Source of the DNA: Spirochaetia bacterium
GTDB taxonomy: Bacteria; Spirochaetota; Spirochaetia; CAKZLE01
Length of the DNA stretch: 64,000 nt
Direction of reading: 5' to 3'
Assembly (NCBI GenBank): GCA_963677595.1
Contig: OY782041.1
Location: 4,096,001 to 4,160,000 of the forward strand
The position numbers and the translations under genes are program-made. Positions 1 to 9,985 of this stretch are shown one piece after another. The notes beneath the pieces were generated by a model. That model made no database searches and was not told where the DNA came from. It saw only the letters and a list, made by a program, of their open reading frames with translations. Each line of letters starts with the position of its first letter. Position 1 is the first letter of the stretch.

Positions 1-1
1 C

Positions 2-103
2 GATGAAGATCTTCCCCGTGACCAGTGAAATGACAAAGGCTGTAAGCCCTGCGACTACAGCCCTGAATAGGATAATCTCTGCACCAACTCCCAGATTCAC
101 CAC
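2..103 (-). CDS. mraY: Phospho-N-acetylmuramoyl-pentapeptide transferase, N-terminal fragment (runs off window)
   Basis: Not in the ORF track. Manual translation after the murF stop, with RBS AAGGAG, gives (M)VNLGVGAEIILFRAVVAGLTAFVISLVTGKIFI, resembling the MraY N-terminal FRAxxAxxTAFxISL helix; position follows murF. Confidence 0.7.
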   Translation of the reverse strand, partial: MVNLGVGAEIILFRAVVAGLTAFVISLVTGKIFI

Positions 104-111
104 CAAACTCC

Positions 112-1509
112 TTATGATACAAGGGACAACGGGGAGAGCAGCCTCTCCATGGCCATCGCCCTTGACCCTTTCAGCAGGACCAGGTCCCCTGATTCAACAT
201 AGCCTGTCACATGCTGTTCCAGTTCCTCATACTCATCGGTATAGAACAGCTTCTTCGAATAGTTCTCATCCTTCAGCAGCCGGTAGGCACTCTCCATCTC
301 CTTCCCGAAGAGGAACGCGCCGTCGGGAGACAGCTTCGCCACGCGCCGCCCGATCACGCGGTGGGCCTGTGCCGTGGCGAATCCCAACTCCTTCATGGAG
401 CCGAGTACCACACTCTTCCTCCCGTTCCAGGGAAGCTCGCTCACGTAGTCGATGATCGTGCCGGCAGCCTCCACATTGGAGTTGTAGCTGTCCTCGATCA
501 CCGTCACCTTCCCGTCGATGACCCTGCTCCGGCCTTCCATGGGTTCGAGCCCTTCCAGGCCTGAACGGATCTGTGAGGCCGTTGCCCCGAGTCCCGAGGC
601 AAGGGAGACTGCCGCAAGGGCATTCTTCAGGTTATGCAGCCCGATGAGCCGCAGGTGGATATCCTCCCCGTCATAGCGGAGCTTCCAGCCGCCGAGCCCG
701 AGGGATTCCGCCCCCGTGAAACCCGGGGTGCTCTTCATCCCGAAGGGGGTGAGGTCTACCTGCCTCGACTTCCGGATATAGTTCCTCCAGACGTTATCCT
801 CCCCGATATAGCCCTGCCGCACCGTCTCATGGAAGATCGTGCTCTTCTCGCGGACGATCGCCTCCTGGGAGCCGAACATCCCGATATGGGCAGTCCCGAT
901 GTTGGTCATCAGGCTGATATCGGGGGTATAGACATCGAGCATCCTGCCGATCTCGCCGTGCTGGTTCGTACCCATCTCGAAGACGCCGAACTCATGCTCC
1001 CCCGTTATATTGAACACGGAGAGCGGCAGCCCGATATCGGAGTTGTAGTTCCCGGGGTTCTTCACGGTAGTCCCCAGGCCTGAGAGGATCGCGCTGATCA
1101 TCTCCTTGGTGGTGGTCTTGCCGGAACTCCCGGTCACCGCGACCTTCACCAGTCCCGGGAACCGGCTGACCCAGTTCTCGGCAAGGTCGCGCAGTGACTT
1201 GAAGGTGTCAGGGACGCTGATCACGGAGACTGCGCAGGCATCAAGCTGCAGCTGCTCATAGAGGTGGCGGTTACTGCTGCTTACCAGCAGTGCGACAGCC
1301 CCCGCAGCGACTGCGGCCTTGAGATAGCGGTGCCCGTCCGTACGCTCGCCGGGCAGTGCGATGAAGAGGGAGCCTTTTTGGACGTACCGGGAATCCACGC
1401 AGACGTGCTGAACCCATGGGTTCTCCCGACGCGTCGAGACCAGGGACCCGTTAAGGATCGCTGCGACCTCGGAGACCCGGAACAAGTTCTTCTCAGTACC
1501 ATTCCCCAT
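112..1509 (-). CDS. murF: UDP-N-acetylmuramoyl-tripeptide--D-Ala-D-Ala ligase
   Basis: VDSR...LFIALPGERTDGH, P-loop TGSSGKTTTKE, NYNSDIGLP, DSYNSN, LLKGSRAM; dcw context. Confidence 0.95.
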   Translation of the reverse strand: MGNGTEKNLFRVSEVAAILNGSLVSTRRENPWVQHVCVDSRYVQKGSLFIALPGERTDGHRYLKAAVAAGAVALLVSSSNRHLYEQLQLDACAVSVISVPDTFKSLRDLAENWVSRFPGLVKVAVTGSSGKTTTKEMISAILSGLGTTVKNPGNYNSDIGLPLSVFNITGEHEFGVFEMGTNQHGEIGRMLDVYTPDISLMTNIGTAHIGMFGSQEAIVREKSTIFHETVRQGYIGEDNVWRNYIRKSRQVDLTPFGMKSTPGFTGAESLGLGGWKLRYDGEDIHLRLIGLHNLKNALAAVSLASGLGATASQIRSGLEGLEPMEGRSRVIDGKVTVIEDSYNSNVEAAGTIIDYVSELPWNGRKSVVLGSMKELGFATAQAHRVIGRRVAKLSPDGAFLFGKEMESAYRLLKDENYSKKLFYTDEYEELEQHVTGYVESGDLVLLKGSRAMAMERLLSPLSLVS

Positions 1510-1513
1510 GATG

Positions 1514-1804
1514 CTACCTCTCTTCCAGGATGACTATCTCATCCTCCGTTGCTCTTTCTATCCCGTCCTCACCGATGCTCTTCATCAGTGCTTCCGGACT
1601 CTTCAGGACCGCGATCTCTCCCACGAGCACACGGTTCTTCTCTTCCAGCTCCTGGATCTGCTGTTCCAGGGAGCCGATCTCGAAACTCACCTCGCGGTTA
1701 TAAGCCGCCTGCATGACCGGCAAGAGGATCGAGACGGTCATCACGCAGATGAATACCAGGAAGGAGCCGACCGCCATCAGGTCCCGTCTCCTCACCCTAC
1801 TCAT
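1514..1804 (-). CDS. ftsL: FtsL-like cell division protein
   Basis: Short basic N-terminus, one TM helix, coiled coil ending LKSPE; between rsmH and murF; ATG at 1804 overlaps the rsmH end. Confidence 0.7.
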   Translation of the reverse strand: MSRVRRRDLMAVGSFLVFICVMTVSILLPVMQAAYNREVSFEIGSLEQQIQELEEKNRVLVGEIAVLKSPEALMKSIGEDGIERATEDEIVILEER

Positions 1805-2738
1805 CGCCGAGCCGCTGGGCGAACCTGAACTTCGCACTCCTCGAAGGGGCGTTGCTCTCGACCTCTTCACGGGTCGGCTTCACTGGCTTCTTCGTCAGGA
1901 CCTGCAACAGGGCCTTGCCTGAGCAGGTGCACTGCGGCTGGTCAGGCGGACAGGAACACTCCTTCGCCAGGTTCCGGAAGGTATGCTTGACGATCCGGTC
2001 CTCGAGCGAATGGAAGGTGATGATCCCGATCCTTCCTCCCGGGGCAAGCAGGCGTACCGCCTTCTCGATCGACCGCTCTATCCGGTCGAGTTCCCCGTTC
2101 ACCTCTATCCTCAATGCCTGGAACGTCCTGGTGGCAGGATGGATCCTGCCGTACCGGTAGTTCTTCGGCACTGCGTACTTGATGATCTCAGCAAGCTCCT
2201 GGGAGTTCTTGATCCACTCCTCTTTTCGCCTCCTGCAGATCGCGGATGCTATCCTTCTCGAGTACCGTTCCTCCCCGTACTGGTAGATGACGTCGGCAAG
2301 CCGCTCCTCGGGATAGGAGTTCACGACATCCGCCGCTGAAAGGGCCCCGTCCCTGTCGAGCCGCATGTCGAGCGGTTCGTCCTTCCTGAAGCTGAATCCC
2401 CGCTGGGACTCCTCGTAATGGAAGATCGAGATGCCGTAGTCGAAGAGGATGGCCGTCGGCTTCGGGAGGGACTCCTCATACGATTCCATGAAGGAATCAA
2501 ACCAGGTATTGACCAGGGTCACCCGGTCGCCGAAGACCGAGAGCCGCCTCCCTGCTTTCTTGAGGATCTCCTCATCCCGGTCGAGCCCGATCAGCCTCAT
2601 ATGGGGGAAGTGGCGGAGGAACATCTCGCTGTGGCCCCCCTCCCCGCAGGTGCAGTCTATGAGCATCCCATGCTCTGCAGCAGGTCCAAGGTAGGCCAGG
2701 GCTTCCTGTCTCATTACCGGTACATGTCTGATTTCCAT
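1797..2738 (-). CDS. rsmH: 16S rRNA m4C1402 methyltransferase
   Basis: HVPVM, DCTCGEGGHS, PLDMRLD, HPATRTFQALRIEVN, ITFHSLEDRIVK, SRSAK. Confidence 0.97.
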   Translation of the reverse strand: MEIRHVPVMRQEALAYLGPAAEHGMLIDCTCGEGGHSEMFLRHFPHMRLIGLDRDEEILKKAGRRLSVFGDRVTLVNTWFDSFMESYEESLPKPTAILFDYGISIFHYEESQRGFSFRKDEPLDMRLDRDGALSAADVVNSYPEERLADVIYQYGEERYSRRIASAICRRRKEEWIKNSQELAEIIKYAVPKNYRYGRIHPATRTFQALRIEVNGELDRIERSIEKAVRLLAPGGRIGIITFHSLEDRIVKHTFRNLAKECSCPPDQPQCTCSGKALLQVLTKKPVKPTREEVESNAPSRSAKFRFAQRLGDE

Positions 2739-2750
2739 AGCGTCCGTCCT

Positions 2751-3221
2751 CTAGCCCCTGGAATGTTCCAGATCGAAGAGCATCTTGCCCATCTCTCTCG
2801 TGTACTCAGGCACCTCAGGTTCCGCTGCTTCCAGATACCTGTTGTACTCATCCTCATTCCAGATCTCAATGATCTTGTTGATCCCCAGCAGCAGGGCTTC
2901 CTGCTTGTTCGGCAGGAACACCGGTTCCCGCAGTGACGGCGGTATGTTGATTCTTCCCGCCTTATCTATCTCTACCTCGGCAGATCGTGCTATAATGTTC
3001 CTCTGGATCCACCTGGCCTTCCTGTCGAACATGGTCCATGCCCCACCGGTGAGGTTGGTGGCAAGTTCCTCGAAATCCTCGGCAAGCATCAGCCAGAGGC
3101 AGGTATCCTCAGGTGAACGACATACATGGAGGTTATTATGAGCCAGTGAACTACGAAGACGTGACGGGATCAGGAGTCGACCCTTGTCATCAATCGTATT
3201 TCGATATTCACCAGTTAACAC
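2751..3221 (-). CDS. mraZ: Division/cell wall cluster transcriptional repressor
   Basis: GEYRNTIDDKGRLLIP and IDKAGRINIP repeats; first gene of dcw cluster. Confidence 0.95.
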   Translation of the reverse strand: MLTGEYRNTIDDKGRLLIPSRLRSSLAHNNLHVCRSPEDTCLWLMLAEDFEELATNLTGGAWTMFDRKARWIQRNIIARSAEVEIDKAGRINIPPSLREPVFLPNKQEALLLGINKIIEIWNEDEYNRYLEAAEPEVPEYTREMGKMLFDLEHSRG

Positions 3222-3267
3222 TCTCTACCACCTGTCATCCAAAAACTGGTCAGATCTGGGAATCTCT

Positions 3268-3315
3268 CCCACATCTTCCCACTTCTTATGATAGCGTATC
3301 CACTTTCTAAGTCAA
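3268..3315 (-). promoter_or_regulatory. dcw promoter with MraZ-binding GTGG(G) repeats
   Basis: Minus strand TTGACT-N16-TATCAT, with GTGGA/GTGGG boxes at 3299-3303, 3278-3282 and 3268-3272 on an approximately 10-bp register, typical of MraZ operators. Confidence 0.7.
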
Positions 3316-3438
3316 TAAAGGTGAAAACGGTTTTTTCCCTCCGGGGAAAGTTTTCACCTGTATACTACTTAACAAAGGTTAACACTGAGGTGTGGTGCTG
3401 TAGGGGATCCTGATGTACCCGAGGGTCTGGACGTGAAA

Positions 3439-3462
3439 AGAGGAGGTATCAGAACCTCCTCT
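3439..3462 (-). terminator. Stem-loop downstream of GH57 branching enzyme gene
   Basis: AGAGGAGGT-N6-ACCTCCTCT followed by T-run on the minus strand. Confidence 0.55.
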
Positions 3463-3473
3463 CTCATAATGAT

Positions 3474-5066
3474 TTATTCGTTCTTCTCACCGAATATGCG
3501 GTAGTCTATATCGGGGAAGATGTTGGTCTTCTTCTCCGTCCTGGTGAGCCATTCGGTGTTTACCGAGTTGCGGCACATGTTCTCATAGACCAGGTTGAAG
3601 TTGTGTATATGCTCTTTCATACGCCGTTCGGCATAGGAGACGCTCGTCCCGTTGCTGATGATGAAGGGCCAGTCCGACGCCATGGACAGGAGGACTTCCC
3701 GTGCCGCATGCTGGAGGAACCGCTCCTTCAGCGATGTCTGGTCGGGGAACCGCTGGGCAAGCTCTATCATCCGGTTGATGGAACGGTGGACGTGACGGTA
3801 GATCCAGTCATTGGAACCATCGACCCAGACCGAGGCGTAGCCCCGGTTTCCCCAGCTGGAGATCGCGGGCCGCACGACCTGGTTCTTCGGGTAGCGGGAG
3901 AGGTAGCGGTCGGGCTGCATCATCTCGAGCTGGTCATCGTCTGCCAGCCCCCTCAGGACGAGTTCAAGCCATTCGATCCCCTCGAACCACCAATGGCCGA
4001 AGAGTTCGGCATCGAAGGGGATCGTGAAGTAGGGCTCACGGTCGATGAGGTTCCCCACCCCCTCACTCTTCTTGCGCAGGGAGTAGATGAAGTTATCTGC
4101 ATGTTCCCGGACCCGGACCAAGGCCTCATTCCGGTCATAGACCTCTTTCTGCTCAGAATCCTTGTCGGTGACCGCCCAGTACTTGTAGCCGGTGAACGAC
4201 CGGACATCGGGTTCATGGATATAGGGTCGGACGTAGTTAAGATCGAGGTCATACCCGATGTCCCGGTAGAAGTCCCGGTATACCCCGTCCACGGGATACC
4301 CGCTGTCCTCAGACCAGACCAGCTGCGAGATGCCGAAGTCCCGTGCGAAGAGGTGTACGCCGTTCTCGCAGGAGACGGGTGCGTAGATGCCCCGTTCTGC
4401 CTTCATGTCCGATAACGTGATGCTGTGGGTCGCCCCATAGAAGTATTCGATATTGTTATGGGCCAGGTGCTTCTCGAGCCCCGGGTAGTACCCGCACTCA
4501 GGCAGCCAGAAGCCCTTGGGCTTCCTCCGGAAATGGGCCACATGGGACATCATGGCCAGTTCTATCTGGGCCTTGACGGCAACGGGCATCTCCTTGTAGA
4601 GCGGCAGGAAGGCATGCGTCGCCGAGGTGGTGATCAGGCTGAGGTGCCCGCTGTCCTCGAGTGACCTGAACCCCTGGAGGATGTTGCCGCGGTAGACCCC
4701 GGTGAAGTCCTCGAGATTCTGCTGGTAGAGATTGCGGTACATCTGGGCAAGGGCCTGGATACGGGGCTGGGACTGTGTCCGTTCGAGCTCCCGATCCCCG
4801 AGTTCGATCATGAGTTTGAGGTGCTCTACATACCGGTCCTGCAGCATCTGGTCCGCAAGCATGGCACAGAGGGTCGGGGAGAGCGAGATGGATACCTGGT
4901 ATGGGACCCCTTCCCTCCTCAGCCGGTTGAAGACCCGCAGCAGGGGGAGATAGGTCTCTGATACCGCCTCGAACAGCCAGTCTTCCTCGAGGAATCTCGG
5001 GTATTCAGGGTGTCTCACGAATGGGAGATGGGCATGCAGTGTCAATCCTACGAAACCTGTACTCAT
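3474..5066 (-). CDS. GH57 1,4-alpha-glucan branching enzyme (DUF1957)
   Basis: LHAHLPFVRHPE, EEDWLFEA.SETYLPLL, GFWLPECGY, PFDAELFGHWWFEG, ASDWPFI. Confidence 0.92.
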   Translation of the reverse strand: MSTGFVGLTLHAHLPFVRHPEYPRFLEEDWLFEAVSETYLPLLRVFNRLRREGVPYQVSISLSPTLCAMLADQMLQDRYVEHLKLMIELGDRELERTQSQPRIQALAQMYRNLYQQNLEDFTGVYRGNILQGFRSLEDSGHLSLITTSATHAFLPLYKEMPVAVKAQIELAMMSHVAHFRRKPKGFWLPECGYYPGLEKHLAHNNIEYFYGATHSITLSDMKAERGIYAPVSCENGVHLFARDFGISQLVWSEDSGYPVDGVYRDFYRDIGYDLDLNYVRPYIHEPDVRSFTGYKYWAVTDKDSEQKEVYDRNEALVRVREHADNFIYSLRKKSEGVGNLIDREPYFTIPFDAELFGHWWFEGIEWLELVLRGLADDDQLEMMQPDRYLSRYPKNQVVRPAISSWGNRGYASVWVDGSNDWIYRHVHRSINRMIELAQRFPDQTSLKERFLQHAAREVLLSMASDWPFIISNGTSVSYAERRMKEHIHNFNLVYENMCRNSVNTEWLTRTEKKTNIFPDIDYRIFGEKNE

Positions 5067-5094
5067 ATAACCTATCCTTGTCTCACCTGTCAGC

Positions 5095-5844
5095 TTATCG
5101 TCGGCGCGCCTGTTGGAGCATCTTCTCGATCAGGGCATTGTCAGCCAGCCTGCCGTCATGGTCAGTCAGTCCTGCAAGCACCAGCTCAAGTCCGTCATGG
5201 TCCCCGGTCAACTCCTCGAGATGGTTCAGCCAGTACCCCCCGGGACTCTCGATCCTGTTCGATACGGCGAGCACCTTGGCCTGCGTCTCCCCCGGGCAGG
5301 AGCAGATGAGCTGCACCTCATACCAGCTGCCGGGATTCGGCAGGTTCACGTACCACCGCTGGTCGGTATCGGAGACCGGGATCTCGAACCTGCTCACAGC
5401 CTCTTCCAGCGGTACGGTACCGTCGGGAAGCTCGCTCACCCGCAGGTGCAGGGAGAGCTCGCTGTGATGCTCCTTGAGCTTCGCGAGTTCGAGGCTGTTG
5501 ATGTCCCAGTAGGCAAAGGCCCAGAAGGGATCGCGCAGCAGCAGGGTGATCCTGGTGTCGGCATACTGCTCCGGTATCTCGAAGGTCTGTTCGTCATCAG
5601 GGATGAACTGGTTCTTGTGTACGATATTGTACTTCTTGCTCTTGAGCCGCATGATATCGTTGCTGCTGCTGAGGTTCGCGGTCTTCTCTTCCTGGATCTC
5701 TTCGAGTACCTCGATCAGGTCCTCGACGGAAAAGCTCTCGATATGTCGTACCCCTTCCCTCCTGGCAAGACACTGAAGCGTCTCCAGCGAGAGTGATCGA
5801 TACCAATCTTTTGACATAGAATCGTGCTCCAATATGTTAGACAT
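5095..5844 (-). CDS. DUF4912 domain protein with N-terminal Rho-N-like helix
   Basis: IPEQYADTRITLLLRDPFWAFAYWDI and WYVNL motifs; usual neighbour of GH57 branching enzyme; start reassigned to ATG 5844. Confidence 0.8.
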   Translation of the reverse strand: MSNILEHDSMSKDWYRSLSLETLQCLARREGVRHIESFSVEDLIEVLEEIQEEKTANLSSSNDIMRLKSKKYNIVHKNQFIPDDEQTFEIPEQYADTRITLLLRDPFWAFAYWDINSLELAKLKEHHSELSLHLRVSELPDGTVPLEEAVSRFEIPVSDTDQRWYVNLPNPGSWYEVQLICSCPGETQAKVLAVSNRIESPGGYWLNHLEELTGDHDGLELVLAGLTDHDGRLADNALIEKMLQQARRR

Positions 5845-5968
5845 ATCGCCTTTTTTGATAGAATTCAAGTACACCACCTGATTACAGAACATCGTAGAAA
5901 AAAGGAGGCGTTTAGTCAACCGATTGACTCCCCCAATCCTGAGAGTGGCTGCTTTTGGTCCGTGCCGC

Positions 5969-5997
5969 TGGACTCTGGTGTAGTAACATACTATAAT
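5969..5997 (+). promoter_or_regulatory. Sigma70-type promoter, probably leaderless
   Basis: TGGACT-N17-TATAAT, ATG 6 nt downstream, no SD sequence. Confidence 0.55.
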
Positions 5998-6003
5998 TCC
6001 ACC

Positions 6004-8328
6004 ATGAAAACAGAGATAATAATCCATGGTCATTTCTATCAGCCGCCGCGCGAGATGCCGGACACGGGACTCATCCCCAAGCAACCATCAGCCGAGCCGC
6101 ATACTGACTGGAATGAACGTATACATAGAGAGTGCTACGCAGCCAATGCCTTCTCCCGCTACCTGACCTATGACGGCCGGGTAGAGTCGATCGTGAACAA
6201 CTACGAGTACCTCTCCTTCAATTTCGGGCCCACCCTCCTCCACTGGATCAGGGACTATGATCCCCAAACCTATGAGCGGATCATCACAGCCGACCGGATC
6301 AGTGCCGAGCGGAACAACGGCCACGGGAACGGGATTGCGCAGGGGTTCAACCACACGATCCTCCCCCTCGACACGGTCGAGGATGCGAGGATCCAGATCC
6401 GCTGGGGGATCGATGACTTCACCCACCACTTCAAACGAAGGCCGGAGGGTATCTGGCTCCCAGAGGCTGCCATCAACGGCGACGTCGTCGACATCCTCAT
6501 CGCAGAAGGGATCTCCTTCGTCATCCTCTCGCCCTGGCAGGCTGCCGCGGTCGAAACGAAGCCTGGGATCTGGGAGGAACTCACCGACACATCTGCTCCC
6601 TATGATACCCCTTACATCATCGAGGGGACTTCCGGGAGCATCGCGGCCTTCTTCTACAACCCTGACCTCGCCTCGGGGATCAGTTTCAACCACTATCTCC
6701 GGGATGCCGACCTGCTGTACAACCGGCTGCTCGACATCCAGGAGCAGGACAGCCCGGCCCTCCTCCATTCAGCGACCGACGGGGAGATCCTCGGCCACCA
6801 TGAACCCTTCGGGGACATGTGCTTCGCTGCCCTGGTCCATAAGGTCAGGGAACAGGACCATTTTGAACTGACCAATTACGGCTCCTACCTCGAGCGCCAC
6901 CCGCCGGTACTCCGTGCCAGGCTCAGGCCGGGGGAAGAAGATAAAGGCTCTTCCTGGAGCTGCTTCCACGGGGTATCCCGCTGGTACAAGGACTGCGGCT
7001 GCTCGACCGGCGGCCAGGAGGGATGGGACCAACAGTGGCGGACCCCGCTGAGACGGGCATACACCCTCCTGAGCGAGAAGCTCCTTGCTATCTTCCATGA
7101 CCAGGCTACCAGGCTCACGGGAGCCTACACCCCTGGGCAGCTGCTCAGTGAATACGGTGCAGTCATGTCAGGTAAAGAGAGTCCCGAGGCTTTCGCGAGG
7201 AGGATCCTCGGTTCACGATCCTCTGCCGAAGAGCGCACCGAACTGCTCTACCTGCTCGAAGGCCAGAAGTTCAGGATGTATATGTTCACGTCCTGCGGCT
7301 GGTTCTTCGCCGAGCTCTCAGGGATAGAACCCACGCAGAACATGCGGTATGCAGTACAGGCTGCGCGGCTTTACCAGCATTATACTGAGACTGACCTTAC
7401 CGGGATCCTCTATCACCACCTCAAGGAGGCGAAGAGCAACATCGAGGAGATCGGGGACGGCAGCGATATCCTGGTATCGATCCATCCCACCCTCTCCCGG
7501 GGTCTCGAGGCGGTAGCCTTCTTCACCCTCAACAAGATGCTGGCGAACAAGGACTGCCCCGCCGAACGGTACGGGATGTTCCGCCTGGTCTCGATCAACC
7601 AGGTCGAGAGCCAGGTCTACCTGACGATCCTCGACGAGCCGCTCTGCCGTCAGCACTCCTACCATGTCTCCTGGATCGTGGACAATGAGGAGGGGATCAT
7701 CCTCCATATCCACGACCGTCAGGAAGAGGTCTCACACCCGGGGTACCCGATCAAGGCAGCGGAACTCCCCGAGCGCCTGATCGACACCATCTATCACTGG
7801 ATCAACGACTCCCTCTCCCGGGTGGCGGACAACGACATCCATTCGATCACCGACGATATAAACCACTACTCCTCACTGGTCCACAGCGGGGCGGGCGAGC
7901 CGGATGACGCCTTCTACATCACCAACATGGGAACCTGCCTGAGGTCCCTGCACTCCCTCTTCCGGATGGATGCACCCTTCACGAACCAGGATTCCTGTAT
8001 GCTCGTGCGTAACCTGATGACCTTCATCATCAGGAAGGCTGACGAGAAGATCATCCGCTCGACTGAGCTGAGCCTCAATGCCTATCTTGCTGAACATGCA
8101 GAGTACCTGAAGTACAACCTGGACAGGGAGCACTGCACCCTGATCATCAAGCTGCTGCAGTGCTCACGGGAGATCGGCTTTAAACCCGATATAACCTTCC
8201 TGCAGAACTATGTCTTCGACCATGTCCAGTGGGTACGGGAATCAAAGGCGGAAGCCTCTGAGCTGCTGATCGCTCTGGCGCTCGAGACGAACATCGTAGT
8301 CGACGACCTCATCCTCGCTATCCCATAA
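6004..8328 (+). CDS. GH57-family glycoside hydrolase (DUF3536)
   Basis: IHGHFYQPPRE, SFNFGPTLL.W, GIWLPE, ATDGE..GHH, SWSCFHGV.RW..DCGC, MFTSCGWFF. Confidence 0.9.
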   Translation: MKTEIIIHGHFYQPPREMPDTGLIPKQPSAEPHTDWNERIHRECYAANAFSRYLTYDGRVESIVNNYEYLSFNFGPTLLHWIRDYDPQTYERIITADRISAERNNGHGNGIAQGFNHTILPLDTVEDARIQIRWGIDDFTHHFKRRPEGIWLPEAAINGDVVDILIAEGISFVILSPWQAAAVETKPGIWEELTDTSAPYDTPYIIEGTSGSIAAFFYNPDLASGISFNHYLRDADLLYNRLLDIQEQDSPALLHSATDGEILGHHEPFGDMCFAALVHKVREQDHFELTNYGSYLERHPPVLRARLRPGEEDKGSSWSCFHGVSRWYKDCGCSTGGQEGWDQQWRTPLRRAYTLLSEKLLAIFHDQATRLTGAYTPGQLLSEYGAVMSGKESPEAFARRILGSRSSAEERTELLYLLEGQKFRMYMFTSCGWFFAELSGIEPTQNMRYAVQAARLYQHYTETDLTGILYHHLKEAKSNIEEIGDGSDILVSIHPTLSRGLEAVAFFTLNKMLANKDCPAERYGMFRLVSINQVESQVYLTILDEPLCRQHSYHVSWIVDNEEGIILHIHDRQEEVSHPGYPIKAAELPERLIDTIYHWINDSLSRVADNDIHSITDDINHYSSLVHSGAGEPDDAFYITNMGTCLRSLHSLFRMDAPFTNQDSCMLVRNLMTFIIRKADEKIIRSTELSLNAYLAEHAEYLKYNLDREHCTLIIKLLQCSREIGFKPDITFLQNYVFDHVQWVRESKAEASELLIALALETNIVVDDLILAIP

Positions 8329-9985
8329 GGGACCTAGCATGTTCGAGTGCCGATTCCTCGTTCCGGCTGCCTGAGAGCATCCTCGCGATCTCGATGACCC
8401 GAGTCTCTCCCGAGATCTCCCTGATGGAGGTCTCGGTCCTCCCGTCAGCCTCGTGCTTCTCCACGACGATATGTTTCCGTGCCTTGGCGGCTACGGAGGC
8501 CAGGTGTGAGATACAGAGGATCTGGCGCTTCTCCCCCAGCCGGGCAAGGTGCTCGCCGACGGCGACAGCCACGGTCCCCCCGATCCCGGCATCGATCTCA
8601 TCGAACACCAGAGTACCGATCCGCTCCGAGTCGGAGAAGACGGTCTTCAGGGCCAGCATGATCCTAGAGAGCTCCCCGCCGGAAGCCGCCTGCCGCAGCT
8701 GCTTGAGCTCCTCGCCGAGGTTGGCTGAGATGAGGAACTCGATCGTATCCGCCCCGTTGGCCGTGCAGACCGGGTCGCCGGCATCGCCGACCTTCCCGGA
8801 AAGCTCTACCTTGAAACGGGCCGAGGGCATCCCAAGGCCGGCAAGGTGGGAATCGATCAGTGGTTCGAGCTCGCGGGCTGTCTCAGTCCGTTTCCCCGTG
8901 AGTTCCTTTGCGTCCCGGCTGATCCTCCCCGAGAGGGCCTCGCACCGCTGCTGCAGTTCCCGGTAGTCCTCATCATAGTTGTCGATATCACGAATCCTCG
9001 TGATCGTCTCCTCACGGTACTGCAGGATATCCTCTATGGTCTTCCCATACTTCTTCTTCAGCTTCCGCAGCTCGGCCAGCCGCTCCTGGATCTCATCCAG
9101 CCGCTCTGGCGAGAACACGATATGGTCACTATAGGAGCGGAGCTCCTCGAAGATATCCTCGAGCTCATAGCGGAGGCTCTCCAGTCTCCCTGAGAGCGGT
9201 TCGAGGGACTCGTCGATCTGACTGACGGCAGAGATCTCCCGCGAGGCCGCAATCACGCCGGCAAGAGCTCCCCCTTCGATGTGGAGCCGCTCCTTGGCAA
9301 GCTCCGAGGAGGCAACGAGCCGTTCTGACTCGGAGAGGATCCGAACCTCCCTCTCCAGCTCCTCATCCTCCCCGACTTGTAAGTCGAGGCTGTCGATCTC
9401 ATCGATGGAGAAGGAGAGCATTTCTCGCTCCCTGCGGCGTTCACGCTCATCGCTCCTGCTTCCCTCCAGCTGCTTCCGGGCAGCGAGGTATTCCTTGAAC
9501 AGTTCCGCGAACGCGAGGACTTCGCCCTCGAGGCCGCCATAGCGGTCGAGGAGCCTACGCTGGGCTGCCGGGGCAAGAAGGGACTGATGCTCATGCTGAC
9601 CATGCATGTCCACGAGGAAGCCTGAGAGCTCATCGAGTACCCGGAGGGTCGCCGGCTCTCCCTGGATCGTGATCGCCCCCCGACCGGTGCTCCTGATCGT
9701 CCGCTTGATGATCAGCGCCCCCTCTTCGACAGGTATGTCGTGAGCCTCGAGCCAGGCCTCGAGGTCAGGGTCATCCACGGTCACGACCCCGGAGACCGAG
9801 GCTTCGTCGCAGCCGGTCCTGATCCTGGAGGTGTCAGCCTTGTCTCCCAGCAGGAGCCCCAGGGCCCCGATGAGGATCGACTTCCCCGCCCCGGTCTCGC
9901 CGGTGAGGATGTTGAACCCGGGAGAGAAGCTGATCGTCAGCTTCGTGATCAGGGCATAGTTCCTGATCGTCAGTGTCTCAAGCAT
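8318..9985 (-). CDS. recN: DNA repair protein RecN
   Basis: LTGETGAGKSILI, HGQHEHQSLL, ASGGELSRIMLALK, FDEIDAGIGG. Confidence 0.97.
   Translation of the reverse strand: MLETLTIRNYALITKLTISFSPGFNILTGETGAGKSILIGALGLLLGDKADTSRIRTGCDEASVSGVVTVDDPDLEAWLEAHDIPVEEGALIIKRTIRSTGRGAITIQGEPATLRVLDELSGFLVDMHGQHEHQSLLAPAAQRRLLDRYGGLEGEVLAFAELFKEYLAARKQLEGSRSDERERRREREMLSFSIDEIDSLDLQVGEDEELEREVRILSESERLVASSELAKERLHIEGGALAGVIAASREISAVSQIDESLEPLSGRLESLRYELEDIFEELRSYSDHIVFSPERLDEIQERLAELRKLKKKYGKTIEDILQYREETITRIRDIDNYDEDYRELQQRCEALSGRISRDAKELTGKRTETARELEPLIDSHLAGLGMPSARFKVELSGKVGDAGDPVCTANGADTIEFLISANLGEELKQLRQAASGGELSRIMLALKTVFSDSERIGTLVFDEIDAGIGGTVAVAVGEHLARLGEKRQILCISHLASVAAKARKHIVVEKHEADGRTETSIREISGETRVIEIARMLSGSRNEESALEHARSLMG

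Noticed and set aside
112-3221. dcw cluster missing ftsI and murE between ftsL and murF
   Set aside because: This order is known from spirochetes; useful as a taxonomic hint, not novel.
5824-6084. N-terminal extensions in the ORF track (5824 +, 6084 -; likewise 48970, 46520, 50188)
   Set aside because: They overlap neighbouring genes or promoters; downstream starts match family N-termini and RBS/promoter positions.
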